A stretch of 64,000 nt of DNA from a virus. The translations under genes were made by a program, and so were the position numbers. The stretch is taken from the IMG/VR virus record IMGVR_UViG_3300020045_006384, positions 36,001-100,000 of that record, one strand, 5' to 3'. Below the pieces are notes generated by a model. That model searched no databases and was not told the DNA's origin. It was given only the letters and a program-made list of their open reading frames with translations. This document shows, piece after piece, positions 37,901-46,806 of this stretch. Every line of letters starts with the position of its first letter. The stretch's first letter is position 1.

Positions 37901-39718
37901 ATATATATCTTCAGCAATTATATATTTACCAGTAATACTTGCAGGTCTAAATAAATCAAATTGTTCTTTATGATAAATTATATCATTATGAGTTATTACT
38001 CCAATACGCAATGCTTTATTTAAGCTATTATTAAGCTTACTTACAGCACTAGAAAATGATTTAGCATATGAAATAATAGATTTCCATTTATTATTTCTTT
38101 CAGCTAAAACAATTTCATCTAATAAAGCTTCGAATGATTTAATAAAGTTTTTATGTTCTTCTTTATTTTTAACATTAGCTGCAGCTTTAGTTCTTTTAAT
38201 TAATTGAGTAATTCTATCTTTAGCTTGATTAACTGTATGTTGTAATTGTTTTTCAATAGTATCTAATTCAATATTTTCAGGTTGTATATTTTTTTCAAAT
38301 ATTAATAGTTTTTGGTTTGATACTCCTTTATAATCACGTCTGTCTACTTCAATAAAATCAATAACTTGTTCAATTAATAAATTAGCTTCTTTAGATTTAG
38401 ATATTCCAAATAAACGTCGTACAGCTTCTATAAATTGTTTCCAATATGAAGTTTCATTCATTCTATCTAATTCTCTTAATTCATCTCTAAATGCAGAATT
38501 AGAATATATTTCAGCTACAAATTCTTTTTCATTTTTAAATCCATAACTAGAAAGTTTATCATCATAATTACCATTTTTATTTATTTGTTTTTGAGATTGA
38601 AATGTCCAATATTTATAATATTTACGAAATATTAAATCTTCAAATTCTTTTTCTTCAAAAGTTTGAGGATTCATTAATGCTTGTAAAGATTGTCCGTGTG
38701 CAATTTCATGAATAAACCCTTCAATAACATAATCAATAGGATATTTATTTATAATATCTCTACTCATTTCAATTATATTATCTGTATTTCTAATATGCAT
38801 TAAAGCATCTTTACTAAATACTTCTTTACCTACTAATCTAACTTGAGTACCTGTTCTACCAATTAATCTTCTAGATTTCTGTAATAAATCTTTTCCTTGT
38901 GAAGATAAATTTTTATAATTATTAAGAATGTTTTCAAGAATTTCATCTACAGTAAACTTACCTTGTTTATTATTAAATAAAATTTTATTATTTTCATTAG
39001 CATACTTTAAATTATTATTTAATTCATCATTAGCATCAATATCTTTATCAATTAAACCTTGTGTAAGACCGGTTTCATCTACAAATTCAGATAAATCTTT
39101 TTTAGTTTCAAACACCTTATTATTTAAAATATTATCTGGTAAATTTTCTACAGCTACAGGAATTAAATTTTCACCTAATTCTTTTGCATAATTAGATCTA
39201 TTTCTACCATCTTGATCTGTCATTTTTCCATTTTCATCAAAAAATATAAAAGGTATATCTAATTTTTCATTATTATCAATAATATTTTTAATACTTAATC
39301 TTGAATTTTCATTAAGATTATCATTAATATTATTTTTTATATTGTTTTTATATTTTTCTATAATAGAATTATCAGCTTTAGATTTTATTAATTGATTTAT
39401 AATATTATTATTTAAACCATAATTTACTAATTTTAAATAATTATCTGGAGATATATAAATTATTTTTTTATTTCCTTCAATATTTATTTTAGTTTTTTCT
39501 TTAGTTTTATGATTAAAACTATAAATATTATTAGGATTAAAAATACCATTATAAATAATTTTATTAGATAAAATTAATTCTTCTTTAGTAGGAAACCTAT
39601 CAAAATTATTATTTTTTTCTTGCCATACACCTATCTTAGCTGCTGCTACAGCAGGGAGAATATTTAATTCTCCCGCTAGTTTAGCAACATCTGGATGATT
39701 TTTATTTATGCAACTCAT
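34916..39718 (-). CDS. giant virion (cargo/ejection) protein with ParB-like and zincin domains
   Basis: 1600 aa next to the vRNAP gene; DGRNR...IPV (ParB/Srx-like); HEIAH...EFVAE (zincin). Confidence 0.8.
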   Translation of the reverse strand: MSCINKNHPDVAKLAGELNILPAVAAAKIGVWQEKNNNFDRFPTKEELILSNKIIYNGIFNPNNIYSFNHKTKEKTKINIEGNKKIIYISPDNYLKLVNYGLNNNIINQLIKSKADNSIIEKYKNNIKNNINDNLNENSRLSIKNIIDNNEKLDIPFIFFDENGKMTDQDGRNRSNYAKELGENLIPVAVENLPDNILNNKVFETKKDLSEFVDETGLTQGLIDKDIDANDELNNNLKYANENNKILFNNKQGKFTVDEILENILNNYKNLSSQGKDLLQKSRRLIGRTGTQVRLVGKEVFSKDALMHIRNTDNIIEMSRDIINKYPIDYVIEGFIHEIAHGQSLQALMNPQTFEEKEFEDLIFRKYYKYWTFQSQKQINKNGNYDDKLSSYGFKNEKEFVAEIYSNSAFRDELRELDRMNETSYWKQFIEAVRRLFGISKSKEANLLIEQVIDFIEVDRRDYKGVSNQKLLIFEKNIQPENIELDTIEKQLQHTVNQAKDRITQLIKRTKAAANVKNKEEHKNFIKSFEALLDEIVLAERNNKWKSIISYAKSFSSAVSKLNNSLNKALRIGVITHNDIIYHKEQFDLFRPASITGKYIIAEDIYELYKNDPFIKELVKDNNLDINDDLYNTLDNLSTKDLDTFEMLKLVDSYEEYLSAYDLLDEINSLITRSQNDKTLERKDKVQIEEIKKVLHNLKDGHQSLTDSFINIKKAFAVTEFSKPENNTKVVTEWKDKLFSEHAKLNIKSETKEEYFGRMIETKYKSDYQNALRESARKIVYDPYFDISTFDRNTTDILNINSPLINLISNTIGKMRDNIINAYHDKQFQLNKIFKKYSKEKGQNKQSEMYGNIIELSQNDQYYLKGEYSTKFLDSVQNELYPILDKITELKEKYSSQFDTKKEALKALNKDAEYKTLKSKRKAWFSVNTISINEKTVPHPKYKNAEVTGVEKELLDYFKSETDNNNVTVYNNHVSLVKSVYGAKFYKIPSVTKSNLERTLEGDVKGQLKDKWTDLTEVKVDDVNYGEAVDSKNKEKRTVKIGFRGKLDSKDQSLDLFTVYRKEALNAINYKEKKSNEIKLKLFVDIASSKEYKKRSIQTGKWLQNKYATHAPGTTFSGEFSQELKKIEGLLETHLYDVLSYSGGKVFGSKLEASKLASMVNGFAANIAMTANLGSGVVNVLNGVTQMFLTSAGGYTFNKTDLLKAEAHYSKNIMNILADLNQPVKQSFHNQMLDMFDIFGGFDSATQEFIRNSYAKKIISTHSMNGLNEMGEHMMNAVLTESILRGIKVMNSERKYINKEGIVVEELNAASLFDMLSLNSDGKLVMSDKVVYTKKNIDSKYHEGGKQHINYVIKKKAHDIFGVYDPLMKAEIAKTWWGKTLMMFKNFFLSSLKHRYKGIETSLTAKEDLTEDDISFNNAEQEFTEGIYTTFIRFISQGVIPSLKGLQLAYMIDNYNSLSDYEKANLKNTTLEICLTMVILPLLGMMIGAAAGDDDNELFFAMYAFRRLESELSQFRNPMELQRMIANPVAANRFIQNCANVVNDIVTPINFNPQRNETFFDYFSEDSKHNNVLVKHVKKITPFYAQLDKEYKNLYNLLNK

Positions 39719-39721
39719 ATG

Positions 39722-40087
39722 TTATTTTTTTAAAAATCTTAATTTATATAATGTAGATGTAAGTAATTCTATAATATCATCACTTATTTGTTGTAAATAA
39801 CCATCTTCCAAAGTCAATCTATACTCTTCTATAGATTTAACACACTCTTTTAAATATGGTATAATTTCAATACCTTCTTTTAAAGTTATTTTATAACCTG
39901 TTATTATTTCATATTTACCTTGATAAGATTCAATAAATCTATCTCTTAAACCAACAATATCTTCATATAAACTATTTAAAGCTATATGATCTGAATATTT
40001 ATCTGTTTGTAAATGAGCTATGTGACTATTTATTTCTATATCAAATAGTAAACTTGCAAATTCTTGTACTTTCATTATTATAAACAA
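39722..40087 (-). CDS. ferritin/Dps-like four-helix protein
   Basis: H..HL.T..Y..H.AL..LY, D.FIE.YQG.Y, YKL.FL. Confidence 0.78.
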   Translation of the reverse strand: MFIIMKVQEFASLLFDIEINSHIAHLQTDKYSDHIALNSLYEDIVGLRDRFIESYQGKYEIITGYKITLKEGIEIIPYLKECVKSIEEYRLTLEDGYLQQISDDIIELLTSTLYKLRFLKK

Positions 40088-43000
40088 TATTTAATTACGT
40101 GTTCTCTTTCTTCTGGTGTCATTAAATCCCAGTCTTCTTTTGTTCTACCCGAACTTTCCCATTTAGTTTTATTTTTAGTAAAACCTTCTTCATCTACTAC
40201 AATATTTAATTCACTTTCAGTAATCTCACCATAACTTAAAGAATCTAAATCAAATTCTTCTTCTGAATTTATTTCAACTTCTTCAACTACATTAGATGCT
40301 TCAGTTATTTGTTCAACTTTAATATTATTAGTTTCAATTTCATTATCAATACTTTGCATATTTCTATCAAATACTACTAATTTTTGAAGTTTTATAATAT
40401 CATCATTAATTAATTCTGTATAATCATTAAAGTTATATAAAGTTTTGTTATTTAACTTTTTATCTAATTCTTGAATTCTAACATAAACACCTTTTTGTTC
40501 TATATCATAACCTATTAATTTATAATATCTAGGTTTAATTTTAACAGTTGGGTCAGCATCTGGTGAAGCTACAGTATGTAATTCTACATAATAATTTCCT
40601 TTTTTGTCATATAAATTAACAAAACCATTATTTATATTTACACCATCAGCTACAATATTATCTTTGAATACTTTTCTTACTAATTTTTTATCAGTTAAAT
40701 TATTTAAATAAAATTTATCTAAAAAATCATATTGATTTTGATTATTAATTTCATTAACTCTATTATTTATATCTTTTTGAATAAAATATTCAGCTGGAAT
40801 ATAAGTAAAAAATTGAGTGGTATTCATTTGAAACCCAGAAGTAATAAAAGAATATTTAATTAAATCTTCAGCTAATGATGGATTATCTATCATTAAATCT
40901 TTCCATGAATTAGTAAATAATGTTTCATATGCTGTAGATTTCTTTCTATTATTTAATTCAATACTAGATTGATATTTTTTAGATTTAGAAATTTTAATAT
41001 TTAATTCATCTAATAAAAAGTACTTACCTTTATTTTCTTCATTGAAATCATGTAATCTTTTAGGTAAATTAGTAAGTATATCATCATTTTCTTCAATAGA
41101 TATATCAAATACTTTGTTCAATAAATATGTATTATAATCTTTAGATAACTTTGTTACTAATTCAGAGTTAACTAAATTAGTACCATATAAATCATTAGAA
41201 ACTTCATTAAATATAGATTGTATTTGAGATGTACCTGTAGGAAATAACAAAGCATTGTTTTCTACTACGTTTTTAACCCATTTTAAGCTATTATAATAAG
41301 CTTCTAATGTTGTACCTTCAAACTTAGTATTAAAGCCTTTTATAGCTCCTATTACTTCATTATTAACTTTAGTCATTATTTGTTCTTTTTGATTAAATAA
41401 TGCAAATAAATCATTATGACTCTTACCCATACCATCAGTATCTAATTTAGATACAACAACATTTTCTCTTACATTTTTACTATACTCTTGTAATTCTTTA
41501 AAAGCATTAAGTAAATTAATTTGAAAATTAATATCTGGTGTTTTAGTAGTATTTTGATTTCTAAAATATTCTAAATTTAATTTATATTTATCCCATTGAT
41601 TAGTTTTTCTATCAAATATATTTAATTTATTAGGATTAAAAGCTATATCATGTTGTTGTTTCATATTATCAATAACTCTTGTTAATTCTTCAACAGGAAT
41701 TTTTAATTTTTTTAATAAAACTTCAGATACATTTTTAAAACTTTTATCTATACTTTCAATAGAACTATTATATTCTTGCAATGTAATAATTTTATTATCT
41801 AATTGATAAGCTAATCTTTCTTTTTTATAATCTATATTTAATTGACTAAAGTAATCTTTATATATATTACCAAGACTAATTGTATAACCTTCTACTTTAT
41901 CAAGTGCATTAATTACAATTTCTTTTTTAAATTTTTCAATTGTATCACCACTATCTTGAACATCTGTTAAACCCTCTTTAGATTTTTGAAAATCTACATA
42001 TTGTTTAATAATTGGATTTGCTAAAAAGTTAACTACATATAGTGGATGTGCTCCTAATCTAAGTAACATATTACCAACATTAGTTGTTGACATAATCCAG
42101 TTACCTTTTGAAATATAAGGATCTTTTGCAATATCCACAAATGCATTCAAAATAGCTGTTAATGAATCACCAATTTTTACTTTACGTAGTTCATCTTTAA
42201 ATTCATTAATTCGTTCTGTAGAACTATTAGGTTTAAGCATTTGAGCTACATAATAATCTAATTCTTCTTCAGACAATTCTTCTGAAAATTCTTCATCAAA
42301 TTTAGATTCATTTAATTCATTGCGATGACCCCATAATATATTTTTAACTCCTAATAAAGATAGATTACCTTCTCTACTAATATCAACCATTGCATTAGCC
42401 TCTTGACCAACTCCAGCTTTACCACCTAAAAAAGAGTATCTTAATTTAAGATCTACTTCTGGATCAAAATGATTCATAAATATAGTAGATGTACCTGGAA
42501 ATAAAGCATTAAGTTCGTTCTGTATAAAATCAATATCAATTGGTTTCATTACAGATTTATATACTTCAGGATGTGTTAATACAGATTTATATAATTCAAT
42601 TAATCTATTTTGTAATCCTTTTTTAGTAATATTGTTTTCATCATAATCATTATATTCTAATCTATCAGTTTCAGAATTTTTACTATAAGATGGAAACATT
42701 ACATACATTTTATCAACGTCAAAATCTGAACCTGTTTTAGTAGTAATACCTGTATAAGCTACAACAGTATCTCCAGATGCTTCTGGAAGTATTCCTACAA
42801 TTCTTAATGCATCATTAGATGCAAGACCTTGATTAGGAATTCTATAACCAATTATAGTTTCTTGTATTTTTTTATTAATAATAGGTTCACCACCATCATA
42901 GCTAACAAATAATTCTTCATTAGAATATTTTCTCCAATTAGGAACATATTTTGATAAAAATGATCCTGACAATAATATTCCACCTGGTTTAACAGTTGGT

Positions 43001-46000
43001 CTATTTGTATCTGGATTTACATAAATATAAGGTTCATTAGTAGTACTATCTGCTAATGGTGACCATCTAACTCCTTGTGATTCAGCTTCAATTTTATTTA
43101 AACCAAAGTTACTCATTTGAATAAATGAACCACCATTAGTTTTAATTTTAATAAGTCTGCTATTCATCACTGAAGCAAATATATTAAATAATTTACCTGC
43201 TGATTGTGGAATACCTACAATAGTTGTTTCTGCATTTAAAGCAGCTACTACATTCTCAGAACCACCTCTTTTAACTAATTCAGCAACTAATGATTTATAA
43301 AAACCTGATATATTACCAATCTTAAAATTATCATCAATTTTAAATTCTTTTTTAAGTGAATTTAAACCTTCATTAGTTAAACCTGTGACAGCTTTTACTA
43401 TTTCAGTAATAATTTGTTGACCATTATATAGATTACCATCTAATTCAAATCCTTTAAGAGTTTTATTATGTAATAAACCTGCAAATATATTTTTCTGAAT
43501 TTGTGAACCAACATCTAAATCTTTAAATGTTTTAGTTGGTAAATCTTGTTGAAGTTTCCAACCTCTATTAAATAAAGTTTGACTATTTAATTCAAATTCA
43601 TCTTTAATATTTCCATTATCATCATGTATTCTAGTTGGTTCAATAGATCCTACTTTTACACCATCAAATGTAATGACTTCATCAATTTTATCAGAATTCA
43701 TTTTATTGAATAATTTCTCTAAATCAGAATTTTTAACTAATGCTTGTGATAAAACAGCTTGTGAATATTTTAAATAAACCGGTTTACCAGAAGCATCTCT
43801 ATAAAAATATACACCTTTTAATGGTTGAGCAGCTAATTTAAGTTCTTTTTGAGTATAAATTAAATTTTTACCACTAGTATCCATCATTTTATGATATACA
43901 GATTCATGACTGTCTGCACCTGTAGTCCATTTACCTAAAGCTTTAATTAAAAATTTCCATCTTGCAGGAGTAATCCAAGCTTGTGCATCAGCACTATTTA
44001 TAGATTCATATGGTTTAGCTTCATTTTTACCTAAAGATTCAACTAATAAATCATAAAATGGTGATTTACGATTAACACTTTCAATTGTAGCAATTTTAAA
44101 TGTTTCATTATCTTTATTTATTCTTAATTGTAATCCATCAGTATATGTTGCAGGTACACGTTTTTTATAATCTACCATATTTTTATAGTAAGCAACGTCA
44201 CCACTAAACATTTTAGAAAATTCAATATTGTTAATTAATCCATTAACCATAAAATCTGAAGTAATAGCATAAGCCTTTTGTAATTCAGATATGTTTTTAT
44301 ATTGAGTATCTAATGTATTTTTATCTATTTTATTAGGAACAATAAATCCCTTAGCATTTCTAATAAAAATATCAGAACTTTGTAAATAATTTAAAGTTTC
44401 AGTAAATCTTTTATGAAAGTTTTCTTGAAGATATGAATCAAATAATTGATCTAATTCAGAATCTAATCCTCTTTCTAATAAACTATAATTAAATTCACTA
44501 TCTGTATATAAACGATCAGTTAATTGTTTTTCTAATTCAGTTTGATTTTTAGAATTAGGTGATAAATTTTCAAAATATTGAGATTTAAAAGCATTACCTG
44601 ATTTATCATAAACATTATCTGTACCATATTTATAATGATAATGAGGTGTTAATTTATCATTACTTATTCCATTATTAGCATTATCAACTTCATTACTTGC
44701 TTCTAACATTCTATGATATTCAGATGCAAAATAATTAAAGAATATATCTTTAGTTTGTTTCTTTAATTGTAATTGACCATCTACTATTCCATTATAAGAA
44801 GATACAGGTAAATTAAATTTAATCTGTAAATCTGTAGTTTTATCAGCAGGTGTAGTTGTTCTTGAAAATTCTCCAATAATTACTTTATTAATATAATCTG
44901 TAAGATAATCTTTATATGATAAATCAGTGGTTTTTTTAAAATCAGTTTCAGTACTCATTTGGTTCATAATACCTAAATCAATTTTATCAAGTAATTTACG
45001 AGATGCTTCGATTTGTTCTGCATTTGAATTATATCCTAGTTTATTACCAGTAACATCAGTAGAGGCTGTTAAAACTCCCATATAATAAGAACCTAATTGA
45101 TATTGACCTGATTTATATAAATCTAATAATATTTGAGGATTTCTTTTCCATTGATTAATAGTACTAGATAAATAAGATGGATAAGAATAAATCCACTTTT
45201 GTTTACCACCTGTTAATATAGTTGCATCAGAACCTTCAGTTAACATAAATGCTTCAGCAGCTGCTAATTTATTAAATGTTTGAGATAATGTTAAAAAGCT
45301 ACTATAATCTTTAGTTTCTTTTTCATATTTAGAACTAAGTCCTTTAACTACATATTCTGTTTGAATAGCTAATGTAAGTAAATTATTAGTCATATCTTGT
45401 AAAGAAATATCTTTACCATAATTATCTAAATATATTTGTAAACCTTCTTGAGTAGTTTCAATACCTAATGCTTTTAAAAATAAATTTATATCTTCAACTA
45501 ATTTAGTAAATTTAGGTTGTAATTCAGATTCAACACCAGTTTTAATAGATTTATTAAATTCTTGAATATTATCAATATTAGATTTAATAACTTTACCTGC
45601 ATTACTTATTCTTTTTACAGAATCATCTTTTAATTTATTAGTTTTAGATAAAAATATATTTTGAAAATTTTCATCCCATTGTTCTTTAACTTTTGTAGTT
45701 TTAGAACCTGTATCTGAAATTTGTAAATTTTTATGTGTAACTACATTATTTCTATCAGTAATATACTGACTAACAATATGATTATTTTTAATTAAATTAA
45801 AAGCTTGACTAAATTCACTTTTTTGATTTTCAGTAATGTCAGGACTATTTAAATAATCATGTAATTCTTTAAGAAAGGGTTTTTTTGATAATATGCGATT
45901 TAAAGCACTTTTATGTAATTCAAATATATCTTCACCAGGAAGTGGAATTTCTTCGCATAAAACACCCTGTAATGCAGCATAAACCATATCTCTGTTAAGA

Positions 46001-46758
46001 AAAGTAGGTTCATTCCAAATAGGATCTAAGTTTTCATTATCTTTAAGTAAACTTAATCTTAGTTTCACATTTGTACTTACACTTTTTTTAGTATTTCTTT
46101 CAGCAGAATGTTGATTAAATACTGGATCTTTACCTTCTTCTTCAACTATCCATTCACCATTTTCTTCATCTTCTTTAATTTCAAGATTCATTTCTTTAAA
46201 GAAACCTTCTACATTTGAAACTAATTCATCTAAATTATTTAAAGACTCTTCTAATGACATTGCTGAAAAGTATTCACCTTCTTCTTCTAAAGAATTAATT
46301 TTATCTTGAATTTCTTTAAGAATAAAATCTTTTAATTTAGGTAATGGTGAAGCTTTATCAAAATTAATATTATTAAAATCTAATTTAGATTTACTAAAAT
46401 AAGCTAATGCTAATCTAGATTTAATTTTATTAATTTGGTCATAATTCCAAATAGAACGAAGTCCTCTGTTAACTAAAGGAAAATATATTGTTTCATTATC
46501 TTTATTTAGATAATAATGTTTTTTAGCTGTTTCATTATAAAACAGTTTTGGTTCACCATTTTCATCTGTTCTATCAGATATAATATTATTATTATAATCT
46601 TCAATAAAATTACCAAAATCTTTTTTAAAAAGCTCACTTTTAAAATGACTAAACATTTCATCAGCGAGCTGTTCATTTTGATTTGCTAAATTATTATAGA
46701 TTGTATCAAATAATATTGATTCGGATTTACCTGTAATTGATACTCTTGTACATGCCAT
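40078..46758 (-). CDS. virion-packaged single-subunit RNA polymerase (phi14:2 gp66-like)
   Basis: 2226 aa; YRIPNQ and catalytic GSDFDVDK; KRVPA, DAQAW; typical crAss size and location. Confidence 0.92.
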   Translation of the reverse strand: MACTRVSITGKSESILFDTIYNNLANQNEQLADEMFSHFKSELFKKDFGNFIEDYNNNIISDRTDENGEPKLFYNETAKKHYYLNKDNETIYFPLVNRGLRSIWNYDQINKIKSRLALAYFSKSKLDFNNINFDKASPLPKLKDFILKEIQDKINSLEEEGEYFSAMSLEESLNNLDELVSNVEGFFKEMNLEIKEDEENGEWIVEEEGKDPVFNQHSAERNTKKSVSTNVKLRLSLLKDNENLDPIWNEPTFLNRDMVYAALQGVLCEEIPLPGEDIFELHKSALNRILSKKPFLKELHDYLNSPDITENQKSEFSQAFNLIKNNHIVSQYITDRNNVVTHKNLQISDTGSKTTKVKEQWDENFQNIFLSKTNKLKDDSVKRISNAGKVIKSNIDNIQEFNKSIKTGVESELQPKFTKLVEDINLFLKALGIETTQEGLQIYLDNYGKDISLQDMTNNLLTLAIQTEYVVKGLSSKYEKETKDYSSFLTLSQTFNKLAAAEAFMLTEGSDATILTGGKQKWIYSYPSYLSSTINQWKRNPQILLDLYKSGQYQLGSYYMGVLTASTDVTGNKLGYNSNAEQIEASRKLLDKIDLGIMNQMSTETDFKKTTDLSYKDYLTDYINKVIIGEFSRTTTPADKTTDLQIKFNLPVSSYNGIVDGQLQLKKQTKDIFFNYFASEYHRMLEASNEVDNANNGISNDKLTPHYHYKYGTDNVYDKSGNAFKSQYFENLSPNSKNQTELEKQLTDRLYTDSEFNYSLLERGLDSELDQLFDSYLQENFHKRFTETLNYLQSSDIFIRNAKGFIVPNKIDKNTLDTQYKNISELQKAYAITSDFMVNGLINNIEFSKMFSGDVAYYKNMVDYKKRVPATYTDGLQLRINKDNETFKIATIESVNRKSPFYDLLVESLGKNEAKPYESINSADAQAWITPARWKFLIKALGKWTTGADSHESVYHKMMDTSGKNLIYTQKELKLAAQPLKGVYFYRDASGKPVYLKYSQAVLSQALVKNSDLEKLFNKMNSDKIDEVITFDGVKVGSIEPTRIHDDNGNIKDEFELNSQTLFNRGWKLQQDLPTKTFKDLDVGSQIQKNIFAGLLHNKTLKGFELDGNLYNGQQIITEIVKAVTGLTNEGLNSLKKEFKIDDNFKIGNISGFYKSLVAELVKRGGSENVVAALNAETTIVGIPQSAGKLFNIFASVMNSRLIKIKTNGGSFIQMSNFGLNKIEAESQGVRWSPLADSTTNEPYIYVNPDTNRPTVKPGGILLSGSFLSKYVPNWRKYSNEELFVSYDGGEPIINKKIQETIIGYRIPNQGLASNDALRIVGILPEASGDTVVAYTGITTKTGSDFDVDKMYVMFPSYSKNSETDRLEYNDYDENNITKKGLQNRLIELYKSVLTHPEVYKSVMKPIDIDFIQNELNALFPGTSTIFMNHFDPEVDLKLRYSFLGGKAGVGQEANAMVDISREGNLSLLGVKNILWGHRNELNESKFDEEFSEELSEEELDYYVAQMLKPNSSTERINEFKDELRKVKIGDSLTAILNAFVDIAKDPYISKGNWIMSTTNVGNMLLRLGAHPLYVVNFLANPIIKQYVDFQKSKEGLTDVQDSGDTIEKFKKEIVINALDKVEGYTISLGNIYKDYFSQLNIDYKKERLAYQLDNKIITLQEYNSSIESIDKSFKNVSEVLLKKLKIPVEELTRVIDNMKQQHDIAFNPNKLNIFDRKTNQWDKYKLNLEYFRNQNTTKTPDINFQINLLNAFKELQEYSKNVRENVVVSKLDTDGMGKSHNDLFALFNQKEQIMTKVNNEVIGAIKGFNTKFEGTTLEAYYNSLKWVKNVVENNALLFPTGTSQIQSIFNEVSNDLYGTNLVNSELVTKLSKDYNTYLLNKVFDISIEENDDILTNLPKRLHDFNEENKGKYFLLDELNIKISKSKKYQSSIELNNRKKSTAYETLFTNSWKDLMIDNPSLAEDLIKYSFITSGFQMNTTQFFTYIPAEYFIQKDINNRVNEINNQNQYDFLDKFYLNNLTDKKLVRKVFKDNIVADGVNINNGFVNLYDKKGNYYVELHTVASPDADPTVKIKPRYYKLIGYDIEQKGVYVRIQELDKKLNNKTLYNFNDYTELINDDIIKLQKLVVFDRNMQSIDNEIETNNIKVEQITEASNVVEEVEINSEEEFDLDSLSYGEITESELNIVVDEEGFTKNKTKWESSGRTKEDWDLMTPEEREHVIKYCL

Positions 46759-46771
46759 ATTTTATAATTTA

Positions 46772-46806
46772 TACAAATATACGAAATTAATTTGATATAA
46801 CCAAAT
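46772..46806 (-). promoter_or_regulatory. Bacteroidota-type promoter upstream of the vRNAP gene
   Basis: Minus strand ATTTGGTTATATCAAATTAATTTCGTATATTTGTA; TAnnTTTG at 46774-46781. Confidence 0.72.
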
